Shown: one piece after another, positions 26,962 through 35,115 of the stretch | Layout: every line of letters starts with the position of its first letter | Numbering within the stretch: position 1 is the first letter of the stretch | From: a virus | Taxonomy: Duplodnaviria > Caudoviricetes | DNA: 37,657 nt | IMG/VR virus record: IMGVR_UViG_3300005077_001151 | Coordinates: 1 to 37,657 of that record | Strand: one strand, 5' to 3' | The notes under the pieces: model-generated | The model's input: only the letters and a program-made list of their open reading frames with translations | Database searches by the model: none | Told to the model about the DNA's origin: nothing | Made by a program: the position numbers and the translations under genes

Positions 26962-27951
26962 CTAAATCAGATATTTTGCATTGCTAGCTGCCCACTTAAC
27001 AAAGGCAGCAGTTTCTTCAAACCATGAATGATTGAGACGCGCTTTCGCAACGAATAAGTATGCAAACTCAGCGCCAAGCCGCTCCATGACCGAGAAGCAC
27101 TGGGAAACATTCTTCGCAGTCGCCTTTCCAACCAGCGCTGCGACCATAGCGAATTTTACTGCACCGTTTTGCGGTACAGCAAACGTACTAGCATTCACCA
27201 GCACATCATCAAGGTCCGGCAGCTCATTCATGACCTTCACGAAAGCCCAGAAGTCCAGAGCAGCGGCTTCACCAACTGCGCCCTTAACCACTTCAAACAT
27301 AGTGGAGCAAGAAACCTTTCCGTCCCACCCTTTAATTACGTCACTCACGAATTCCCAGCTGCGCGGAGTTGGGAATGATTTCAGGTCCTTCTTGGGATCA
27401 AACTTGAAAACCATCTCTGGGCGATACGCGATGTAAGCAATCACCCGCATTTCGTAGTCCATCTTAATGGCATGCTCAATCCACTCGGCAGCGTCCGCTT
27501 CCAAGTCCAAGTGGATAAACCTATTAGCCAAAGGCGCAGGCATCGGAGTTGTGAAGGCGCGGTCGCTTTCGCGATTTCCAGCCGCAATAATTAAGCAGTC
27601 CTCAGGCAGTTCGTATTCACCAAGACGCCGATCAAGCACCAGCTGGTAAAGAGCAGCCTTTACCATCGGCGCCGCATTTGGCAGCTCATCCAGAAACATA
27701 ACATATCCAGGACCATCAGGCAGAAAAGAAGGTGGGCACCATTGCGTCCTGCCGTTCACTACCTGCATCAATCCGCGCAGATCAACAGGATCAAGCTGAG
27801 TGGCACGGATATCAATCAGCTTACGACCATTCGCATCAGCGAACTGGCGGGTAATGCTGCTCTTGCCGATCCCAGGCGCACCCCACAAAAACACGGGGCG
27901 TTTTGTTTTTGCGATAATATTCATTGCGGTTAACAGTGCTTTTGCTTTCAT
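26962..27951 (-). CDS. MoxR-like AAA+ ATPase
   Basis: WGAPGIGKS, DLRG, FLDE, AAGN, LANRF, TPRSWE. Confidence 0.9.
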   Translation of the reverse strand: MKAKALLTAMNIIAKTKRPVFLWGAPGIGKSSITRQFADANGRKLIDIRATQLDPVDLRGLMQVVNGRTQWCPPSFLPDGPGYVMFLDELPNAAPMVKAALYQLVLDRRLGEYELPEDCLIIAAGNRESDRAFTTPMPAPLANRFIHLDLEADAAEWIEHAIKMDYEMRVIAYIAYRPEMVFKFDPKKDLKSFPTPRSWEFVSDVIKGWDGKVSCSTMFEVVKGAVGEAAALDFWAFVKVMNELPDLDDVLVNASTFAVPQNGAVKFAMVAALVGKATAKNVSQCFSVMERLGAEFAYLFVAKARLNHSWFEETAAFVKWAASNAKYLI

Positions 27952-28039
27952 GCGGATCTCCCTTCTTGTTGTAGTTTATTATAAGTTTTGTTTGGTGTTC
28001 ATCGTGGGGCACGCACAGGTCGTGCCCCAGAGATCAACA

Positions 28040-28855
28040 TCAAACTTTGTACGATTCCACTTTTTTCAGCAGAGTTGTAAGCTTTTTAGCTTTGTCTTCA
28101 TCAGTATCGTTCTGGTTGCCGACGATACTGGTTGCAGTGTTGACTACTGCATCAAGCGTCTTGTCCTCGGTGACGTCGTTCAATTCATTTGCAGACGAAA
28201 GCACCTTCTCTATCCTCTCGATGGCTTTCTCTGTGACACCGATCTTGTCATTTGTCAGTCGACCAATAAATGTCGCGAGCCCCTCGATCAGCCTCAATCT
28301 TAGGTCTTCACGCATTTCTTTTAACTGTTCGTCCAGCAGAGAGGAAAATTCAGACCTCAGCGTCTCATTATCAACACCATCGATCCTGAAATCATTTTCA
28401 GGAATGGGCATAACACTTACTTTTACTGAGAACGTTGTCTTGATCTCTTCAGCTGCAGGATACTCGCTCTCATCAAACATATTGCCCAGTCTATTGCTTG
28501 CCTCTTTCTTGATATCGTCATACTTGCTGCAGAAGAGTCTAACTGCTTCTTCATGCTTCGAGACCAGAGCTGTCATCCGCTCTGCAAACCTAATATATTT
28601 TTTGGATGGAAGCACTCTAATGCCTTGGTCCATCCATGGCAAGGTCTCTGCGTGGAGGAAAATCTTTATCGAATTCCTCGCAGACAGTAATTCCTTCAGG
28701 TGCCTTCTCTCTACCAGCTTCTTAACATAGACACCAGCTCCATTGGTACCATGGCCTTCGTCGACCTGCTTTGTTACATTTTTATCCACTATTGCGCCTG
28801 ACCAACCGCCAGTCGAAACTCTGATTAAAACCGCTCTATCTCTTAGTGTTACCAT
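28040..28855 (-). CDS. DUF3150-like phage protein
   Basis: KKL...TLPW...G.RVLP...LGNMFDESEYP pattern, recalled as the usual partner upstream of phage AAA/vWA pairs. Confidence 0.6.
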   Translation of the reverse strand: MVTLRDRAVLIRVSTGGWSGAIVDKNVTKQVDEGHGTNGAGVYVKKLVERRHLKELLSARNSIKIFLHAETLPWMDQGIRVLPSKKYIRFAERMTALVSKHEEAVRLFCSKYDDIKKEASNRLGNMFDESEYPAAEEIKTTFSVKVSVMPIPENDFRIDGVDNETLRSEFSSLLDEQLKEMREDLRLRLIEGLATFIGRLTNDKIGVTEKAIERIEKVLSSANELNDVTEDKTLDAVVNTATSIVGNQNDTDEDKAKKLTTLLKKVESYKV

Positions 28856-28901
28856 ATCGATCTCCTTTTTATAATTTGTTATTTGTTGTTTAAGTTTAAT
28901 C

Positions 28902-29129
28902 TTAGTCGTTGTACAGAACTAATTCAAAGCCATTATCAGTCTTGTATTGCCACCCAAGGGTTTTTTCTTGGTCGGGAGTCTTCAATTTTTGATATATCTT
29001 GAAGACATATCTAGGCAGTACGGTTATTTGCATTGGTGTTTTCCCAACAGGGATGCCCAGAGATGATGCCTCGGCGTAGAATGTGTTTTTGTTGAGGTCA
29101 AATTCTAACAGATTGATGTTAATTACCAT
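28902..29129 (-). CDS. Small hypothetical early protein
   Basis: Start reassigned to MVININ (AAGGAGG RBS); FYAEASSL...GWQY...LYND. Confidence 0.6.
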   Translation of the reverse strand: MVININLLEFDLNKNTFYAEASSLGIPVGKTPMQITVLPRYVFKIYQKLKTPDQEKTLGWQYKTDNGFELVLYND

Positions 29130-29149
29130 ATAAAGCCTCCTTGTCATTT

Positions 29150-29192
29150 TAGCAAGCTGCGCTGGCAGTAGGAAGCTACCAGCACAGCTTGC
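29150..29192. repeat. Hairpin-forming repeat, copy 2
   Basis: 42/43 match to the reverse complement of the 25591-25635 element, including its asymmetric centre. Confidence 0.85.
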
Positions 29193-29208
29193 CTTTGTTT
29201 GTGGTTTA

Positions 29209-29406
29209 TTATTTGGAGAGATTATACTTAACGAACCGCATATGTTCAACGTGCATACGCTGAATATGATCAACTCCCTCTGCTTTGCTAGCAAATAGTC
29301 CTGTGTTGCGATTTTGCGCAACACTGAACCCTTTCCAATTCCCTACCTTAGTTTTCCAAATCTGACCAATGATCTCTTTGCCAATTTTCACTTCATATTT
29401 TTTCAT
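29209..29406 (-). CDS. Small basic hypothetical protein, first ORF after the hammerhead
   Basis: AAAGGGAG RBS; 65 aa. Confidence 0.6.
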   Translation of the reverse strand: MKKYEVKIGKEIIGQIWKTKVGNWKGFSVAQNRNTGLFASKAEGVDHIQRMHVEHMRFVKYNLSK

Positions 29407-29436
29407 CTCTGTCTCCCTTTGCTTTGCCTTGATTAT

Positions 29437-29507
29437 GGACTCATCAGTAGCAGCACCATACTGCCAGACAGCCGATTAACATATAATCAGCTGTTTCGTC
29501 CTATGGC
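29437..29507 (-). ncRNA. Hammerhead ribozyme, type II
   Basis: Minus strand: GGAC-GAAA-CAGCUGAUUA(UAUGU)UAAUCGGCUG-UC^-UGGCAGU(AUGGU)GCUGCUA-CUGAUGA-GUCC. All core nucleotides and three stems are present. Confidence 0.92.
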
Positions 29508-29897
29508 GGTTATCATGCCTACGCTTGCGCTCCCGCCGTGGCACCCAAAATTTTGGTCAGATTGTTTGGGACTTGACCCTAGGATTGCATCTCTGCGATT
29601 CCCCTGAGATCTGCCCACCTTTTAAACTTTGATTGTCCACCGTCGCCTAACTTGGTTCGTGCGCTGCCGCACGCCCTACCCTTTCGGGTACCTATTGCTA
29701 GGTGGTCGCCGTTTGTTCGCTGGGTCTCGGGTTTTTTACCTTCTAAAAAGCCCTGAAAAAATTGCCTTTCGGCTATGAACAACAGATCACTACTTGCAGA
29801 TCCGTGACAAAGCGCCTTGCAGTGGGACGAAACTGACGTCCCCAGCTGCCCTTGCCACTTTCCTGCTTTCGTTTTCTGTTGTTGTTTTTGTGTTCAT
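29508..29897 (-). ncRNA. Candidate structured non-coding leader RNA
   Basis: Several stems capped by GNRA loops (GCC-GAAA-GGC, ACCUA-GCAA-UAGGU, UACCC-GAAA-GGGUA) plus long-range pairings; no convincing ORF. Confidence 0.55.
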
Positions 29898-29903
29898 GAT
29901 CAT

Positions 29904-29960
29904 ATTATCGCTCTTTTTAAAAATAACTAAAGGATTTTTTAATTTTTTTTTAAAAAAAAA
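29904..29960 (-). promoter_or_regulatory. Putative early promoter with A-tract UP-like element
   Basis: GATAAT (-10-like, 29904-29909) with A/T tracts upstream, at the head of the early gene array; -35 is weak. Confidence 0.35.
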
Positions 29961-30168
29961 TATAAGTGCTTGTTTTTACTTAACAAAAAAAAGATAAAAA
30001 ATCGGAAGAATTTTGTAGAGAGAGACAGAATTATTCCAAATTTTTGGTAGCTATGAAAAAAGGAAGGTATTACAGTAGGTTATATTACATCGTTTGCCGA
30101 AAAGTAAAAGAGATGCGATAAGTAGTTGATATAACTTACGAAACAAGAAACATAAAAATACGGAAATA

Positions 30169-30468
30169 TTAAAAAATACCTCCAAAGACCTTGCCTATAA
30201 AACCAGCTACTGCGTCAACAGCGCTTTTCAACACCCCACTCGGCGCTTCTGGTGCTGTGCGGAAGGATTGGACTGCGCGAGTAGAATTATCAAATACAAG
30301 ATCCACCCTTGTCGTGGACATAACCTGCGATAATCTGCCCTGTTCATCATACACAATGCGATATAAGTAGTTATAGGGCGACCGGCACACGGCACTATTG
30401 TGAGCGCAGCCAGCAAACAAGCAACAGCACAAAATTATTAACGACGCTGCAATAACTCTATAAGCCAT
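30169..30468 (-). CDS. Putative lipoprotein (lysis-module associated)
   Basis: Signal sequence with lipobox-like FAGC. Confidence 0.55.
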   Translation of the reverse strand: MAYRVIAASLIILCCCLFAGCAHNSAVCRSPYNYLYRIVYDEQGRLSQVMSTTRVDLVFDNSTRAVQSFRTAPEAPSGVLKSAVDAVAGFIGKVFGGIF

Positions 30469-30599
30469 TTGACCCATCCTTTCACTCTCAGTTTTGTTTT
30501 TATTTTTAGCTCAACGCAATCCGCAGACACGATCTTCTTTTCATATACCTCAGACTCAAACTTAACTGCGATGCCTGCTGCTTTTATTTCGCCATCCAT
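30438..30599 (-). CDS. Small hypothetical protein
   Basis: GGAGG RBS before MDGEIK. Confidence 0.4.
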   Translation of the reverse strand: MDGEIKAAGIAVKFESEVYEKKIVSADCVELKIKTKLRVKGWVKWLIELLQRR

Positions 30600-30681
30600 A
30601 ACGATAACCTCCGCGCATAAAAATGTCCTCTGCCCAAATCGTTGTAAAATGAGCAGAGGACACCGGCCACTAATAGTTTCT

Positions 30682-30930
30682 TTACTTAGGCACTTTGGCA
30701 ATTAGCTCTTTGGCTTTACCCTGATCGATTATCTTGCGCACGATAACGACGATGAAGGACACCAAAGGCACAATTGCGCCTATCAGATTTATGATCAGGT
30801 CGATGGCTTGAGCCTGTTCATCTGCGCCTATAGTTACCGCTCCCTTCGTCAGCAGCGCGACTGCCCATGCGATAATCCCAATAAGTGCTGCCCAGATCGT
30901 TCTAGATTGCCACCAGTTTGTACTCAACAT
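30682..30930 (-). CDS. Holin-like two-TM protein
   Basis: WWQSRTIW, two hydrophobic helices, basic C-terminus; AAAGGAG RBS. An in-frame upstream ATG exists at 31020. Confidence 0.6.
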   Translation of the reverse strand: MLSTNWWQSRTIWAALIGIIAWAVALLTKGAVTIGADEQAQAIDLIINLIGAIVPLVSFIVVIVRKIIDQGKAKELIAKVPK

Positions 30931-31016
30931 AGCTGTCTCCTTTAAAGGTTTTTTAAGTTTGTGCCGTATGTAAAACGCCAATAATTTGGCGATAATAAAA
31001 TGTTTTACTTTTGATG

Positions 31017-31400
31017 TCATCGGTAAAATAAATATATTGTACCAGACTTTGTGTCGCCAGCATTCGTGACCTGAACGGTAATGAGGCCACTAACATGTGG
31101 TACGTCAAACCCAGAAGTACCTTTGTTGATTTCTTCCTTTGCCGACGCAGAGCAATCAACACCTATGCCATACAGTATGTCCCAACCACTCTCGTCATAA
31201 ATAACAATGTCGTATAGATCTGTCGGCGCAGCGGTTGCGCTTGGCACAATAATAACGCGCCCAAGAATACCATCAATATTGCCGTACACAGTTGCGCTGC
31301 CGGAGCCATTAGAAGTCCACTGAATTGTTTCAACTTTAGTTGCGAGAGCTGTGCCACTCAACAAAGCTGCTACAACGAAAAACAAAATAAGTTTTTTCAT
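31017..31400 (-). CDS. Secreted beta-rich protein, paralogue 2
   Basis: Signal peptide ending ALA; APTDLYDI...TNAG..KSGTIY shared with the upstream gene. Confidence 0.7.
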   Translation of the reverse strand: MKKLILFFVVAALLSGTALATKVETIQWTSNGSGSATVYGNIDGILGRVIIVPSATAAPTDLYDIVIYDESGWDILYGIGVDCSASAKEEINKGTSGFDVPHVSGLITVQVTNAGDTKSGTIYLFYR

Positions 31401-31415
31401 ATTTGCTCCCTCCCC

Positions 31416-31868
31416 CTACCGCCACCAAATATAAATGGTTCCAGTTTTAGAATTGCCTGCGTTTGTTATGGACAAAGTAATATCGCCGCTAATCATAAAA
31501 GGCGCGTCAAAAGATGTGTCACCCTTGTTGCGCTCTTCTGTTGTTGACGTATCGCGATTGTTTAACTGCCCTTGCGCAGCATCAATCCCTGAAACATCAT
31601 AAAAATATATGTCATAGTTATCTGTCGGCGCTGCAGAACCAGGATCGGTAACAACTCGCCCGATCTCACCATCAATCTGAAACGTAGCGCCGGAAACCAA
31701 ACCCGTTGACACGCTTGAGATCCACTCGATCTTGGTAAGCTTTACGGACCGGCTTGTATAGTGGGTGACTGTAGTATATCCGGTTGAGTCACTGCCTCCT
31801 GCCATTGCCTGAGTGCTTCCGACGAGCAGAATGCCTGCAGTAATAAGAACTATAATCCAACGCTTCAT
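31416..31868 (-). CDS. Secreted beta-rich protein, paralogue 1
   Basis: Signal peptide ending AMA; APTDNYDI...TNAG..KTGTIY. Confidence 0.7.
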   Translation of the reverse strand: MKRWIIVLITAGILLVGSTQAMAGGSDSTGYTTVTHYTSRSVKLTKIEWISSVSTGLVSGATFQIDGEIGRVVTDPGSAAPTDNYDIYFYDVSGIDAAQGQLNNRDTSTTEERNKGDTSFDAPFMISGDITLSITNAGNSKTGTIYIWWR

Positions 31869-31889
31869 CTGTGGTTCCTCCATATAATG

Positions 31890-32294
31890 TTAATGGTTCT
31901 TTTCTGTTCGTGCTTGTGACTCTCGAATAGTTGCCAAATCGCGGGTCAGCAGCTTTAATTCCGTATTGATGTTTGCCATTTTGTCGGAATACTCTTGCGA
32001 CACCTTTGATATTCGCTCGGAAGTCTTTTCATATATGGCTTCAATCCTTGACGTTGTCGCAAGCTGTACAGAAATAAGGCCGCTGAACACAGCGCAGATA
32101 ATCGAGATAGTTATTATTAGCACTCTCATACTCACCTTCCCTTCAATACTGGTTTCGATTAATTGGCGACACGAACTGCATTCGTGCCTCATATCTTCCA
32201 CCTGATCTTTAACTTCTAAAATCTGCTTCCCTTGCGAACATATTTGCGCTTGTATTCCTGAACATTTTGTACATGTAAATTCAGACTCCGACAT
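31890..32294 (-). CDS. Single-TM coiled-coil protein (lysis-module associated)
   Basis: Central hydrophobic helix flanked by coiled coils; two CxxC motifs. Confidence 0.6.
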   Translation of the reverse strand: MSESEFTCTKCSGIQAQICSQGKQILEVKDQVEDMRHECSSCRQLIETSIEGKVSMRVLIITISIICAVFSGLISVQLATTSRIEAIYEKTSERISKVSQEYSDKMANINTELKLLTRDLATIRESQARTEKNH

Positions 32295-32835
32295 TTGGCA
32301 TTCCCCGCTTCCTAAGCACCAGCAGAAAAGAATATTCTAAATATCCCAACTCCTCAAATTCGTATATCAGCTCAACGCTCGGAAACTCTGCGTTCAAAAA
32401 GGTTTTCATCCATTTTAATCCCATCTCATCATTGTGATGGTTACAGTTCGGAGACTCTCCCAAAGCTTGACACTTGGCTCGATATTTCTTTTCGTCTGGC
32501 AGGTACAGTATCAGCAGCCCTCCGACTACCAGCACACGCAGCCACTCCTGCAGCAGTGGTCTAGGGTCACTGTAATCTTCCAACAAATGTGAGCTGTAGA
32601 CATAGTCAAGCACGCCATCCTTAAACCAGTACAGGTTTGTGGCTGAGCCGGTTAGCTGCTGCGGAAAGTTGCCGACGTTTGTGTATCTTGTGTTCACGTC
32701 CATGCAAATAACACTCGGCGTGATAGGATCTCCGCCATAGCCAATATCAAGTCCGTTGCATTTGCCTTTCAAGAACGGCAGAACCCTGTCGCGGACCTTC
32801 TCTGTTTCTCCTCCGCTCATGTACATGCGGTTCAT
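32281..32835 (-). CDS. Class I SAM-dependent methyltransferase (type 11-like)
   Basis: GLDIGYGG, DYVYSSHLLED, EWLRVLVVGG. Confidence 0.85.
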   Translation of the reverse strand: MNRMYMSGGETEKVRDRVLPFLKGKCNGLDIGYGGDPITPSVICMDVNTRYTNVGNFPQQLTGSATNLYWFKDGVLDYVYSSHLLEDYSDPRPLLQEWLRVLVVGGLLILYLPDEKKYRAKCQALGESPNCNHHNDEMGLKWMKTFLNAEFPSVELIYEFEELGYLEYSFLLVLRKRGMPNVGV

Positions 32836-33230
32836 TATTTATTCCTTTTCTTTCCAGCAGCATATGTCCACAGCATCATTTGTGGTTTGCCGCGATCTAT
32901 GTCTGCGTGGATAAAAGTATTGGCAACGCCAATGCGCGTGAACCCAACCATATAGAGCGATTCCATTACAACATATCGATGCAGCGATGTCGTAACGCGT
33001 ATATCAACAGCACATCCAATAAGGTGTGCAGAGTCATCCTCGCCGCCAACATTAATATTATGTTCATGACATCGACAGCCTGAGTCAATAATAAATGGAG
33101 TGCGAGCAAGCTCCCGCGCCTCATCAAGCATGAGCACGAGCCGATTTGACGGGCAACAAAACCCGCACCCGCATTTACAGGCGAACTCCTCTGCCTTAAA
33201 ATACTTGCTGTCAATTTGTTCTAGGACCAT
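32835..33230 (-). CDS. Peptidase M15 family endolysin
   Basis: YFKAEEFACKCGCG, SGCRC..HN..VGG, SAHLIGCAVDI, FIHAD. Confidence 0.88.
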   Translation of the reverse strand: MVLEQIDSKYFKAEEFACKCGCGFCCPSNRLVLMLDEARELARTPFIIDSGCRCHEHNINVGGEDDSAHLIGCAVDIRVTTSLHRYVVMESLYMVGFTRIGVANTFIHADIDRGKPQMMLWTYAAGKKRNK

Positions 33231-34491
33231 TCGTGTTGCCTCGCGCGGTTAAAAGCTTCACTGCCTTTTCATACACCTCTTCAAAGTCCAGCTTGTCGTA
33301 GCATTTACAGTGTTCCCAGGGTCGCTCCAGATACGCAACGTCAAACGTATGCAAATGGCAGTGCCTTCCGCCATACTCGCATATGTCGCTTCCGCTATTT
33401 GGCTGCACCCATTCACAGTTTTTGTATGTTCCCATACGCAGCTCAGGATTAAAACCACCATATATTCCAAGTGACGGAATGCCAAGTCCTTGCGCAACAT
33501 GCCCTGTGGAGCTATCGGGATGTATGGCAATGCTGCTCTGGCTGATTGCTGCAACAACCTTGTTGAAGTTACGCGAGCGAGCAGTAAAGTTATGAATGTT
33601 TTTCCGCAGGTCTTCAGGAAAGAATTTCTCTATGTAGTTATCAACCACCTTTGCGGCTGGCATCATGTCGGCCACTACCATATGGTATCCATCGCACAGC
33701 AGCGGGATCAAAATCTCCTGCCACGCTCGCGGCGAGGGTGTGCGGATAAAAGCGCTGGCCCGGAATTGGACATAAATATATTTGCCTGCTTCAACACCCT
33801 GCTCATTCAGATAACGCAAAACATCATCCACGTCGTCTTGCCTCGGCGTAAGCTGTGGCCGCAAATCTTCATCATCGATATCAAGGTTAAACCATTTTGC
33901 AGCAAGCCTATACGCATTAACCTTTTCCGCTTCGAGACAGTGAACAATACAGTCGTCAAACGCCAAATGATATTCCGCATCTTCCAAGTAACGCAGAGAG
34001 CTTGGTATGGTGCAAAACGAATCAAATAGGTCCCAGGTGCGCAAGAACATTTCGCATGACGGGAAAGACAGACACTTGACTTTGCAGGAAGGCCATCGCT
34101 CTTTAATCTCACGGATAATAGGCTGGAAGAAACACAAATCGCCAAACCCTCCTATCATCCACGCCGCAACTGTTTTACCATCCAAAGGCTGACCACGATA
34201 ATGACGCCACCATGTAGAAGGATCTTCGTTTATCATTCGTACAGGTGGAGGCAGTCCGTTGTTGCGAGCAGCAGCCGTGAAGTTTGAAATCATTCCACGC
34301 TTTGCGACAAGCGGGATATGGGTCGGTACATGAATACGCTCTCCGCAATTAACCGAAGTGGTTAAGTGCGTATCTGTACTGAACACAACGAACTCTGGCC
34401 AATGCTCTCGCAACATATGATCAAGGTCTGTATATTTGGGTCGAATTACTTGCATACCAAGTCTCCCATGCGTTAAATTGGCTACTGTCAA
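33211..34491 (-). CDS. Glycosyltransferase family 9 (heptosyltransferase-like)
   Basis: GGFGD...PIIREIK.RWP; DSSTGHVAQGLGIPSLGIYG. Confidence 0.8.
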   Translation of the reverse strand: MTVANLTHGRLGMQVIRPKYTDLDHMLREHWPEFVVFSTDTHLTTSVNCGERIHVPTHIPLVAKRGMISNFTAAARNNGLPPPVRMINEDPSTWWRHYRGQPLDGKTVAAWMIGGFGDLCFFQPIIREIKERWPSCKVKCLSFPSCEMFLRTWDLFDSFCTIPSSLRYLEDAEYHLAFDDCIVHCLEAEKVNAYRLAAKWFNLDIDDEDLRPQLTPRQDDVDDVLRYLNEQGVEAGKYIYVQFRASAFIRTPSPRAWQEILIPLLCDGYHMVVADMMPAAKVVDNYIEKFFPEDLRKNIHNFTARSRNFNKVVAAISQSSIAIHPDSSTGHVAQGLGIPSLGIYGGFNPELRMGTYKNCEWVQPNSGSDICEYGGRHCHLHTFDVAYLERPWEHCKCYDKLDFEEVYEKAVKLLTARGNTNGPRTN

Positions 34492-34787
34492 ACTTTGAGC
34501 AATGCGCTCATGCGCAGTATAATCAGAGGCGGATACATTTCATATACCAGCTCTTTTATTTTTGCGACCTGTTTCTCATCCAAGTCGATCTCAGCACTTT
34601 GATAAATCTGCTCCGCAAGCATACCGCGCTGAAGCTTTTCGATCCCGTCGGTTTTCCTACTATTGTCAAGCAGCGCATTAACTGCTATGGTCCGGAATGT
34701 GATAGGCTCCCGCACACCTTCATCATTCGTGGAAATAAGATCCTCTCCCGACAAACTCTTTAGCACAACATCCGTTCTTACCTTCAT
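34488..34787 (-). CDS. Hypothetical protein (possibly tail-assembly associated)
   Basis: AAAGGAG RBS; follows the tail genes. Confidence 0.6.
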   Translation of the reverse strand: MKVRTDVVLKSLSGEDLISTNDEGVREPITFRTIAVNALLDNSRKTDGIEKLQRGMLAEQIYQSAEIDLDEKQVAKIKELVYEMYPPLIILRMSALLKV

Positions 34788-34845
34788 TACTTGGTCTCCT
34801 TTTGTTATTAGTAGATTATTGTTTATGCTCTAGCCGAGCCGTGAT

Positions 34846-34856
34846 TATTATACCCT
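34846..34856 (-). promoter_or_regulatory. Possible third copy of the promoter core (AGGGTATAATA)
   Basis: Shares GGGTATAATA with the 11378 and 18139 motifs; precedes an intergenic gap. Confidence 0.35.
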
Positions 34857-35115
34857 AATACGACTCCGTCGTTAAAGCCTTTTTTATGTTTGCTGCTGCG
34901 ACGCTCATATATTTTTTGACACTGTCTGGGAACAAAACAGTATTGATACTTTTTATAATTGATGACAATGGCGGAGCGCCAGACGGAAACAACCAACCAA
35001 CGGAAAGACCTTTCTTCCAGAATTTCTCTCCAGCAAAACTTTCCTTCTGCAAACCCTGAAACGGGACACCTCGCAACCAAAACCTTTCGCCGCCAGCGGG
35101 ATCAGATGCTGCCAT
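34855..35115 (-). CDS. Small tail-associated hypothetical protein with internal duplication
   Basis: AGGERFWLRG / AGEKFWKKG repeat; start overlaps the tail gene stop. Confidence 0.5.
   Translation of the reverse strand: MAASDPAGGERFWLRGVPFQGLQKESFAGEKFWKKGLSVGWLFPSGAPPLSSIIKSINTVLFPDSVKKYMSVAAANIKKALTTESY

Noticed and set aside
29579-29782. 67-aa minus-strand ORF as a real gene
   Set aside because: TTG start with no clear RBS, and it overlaps dense RNA hairpins; better explained as non-coding, though not excluded.
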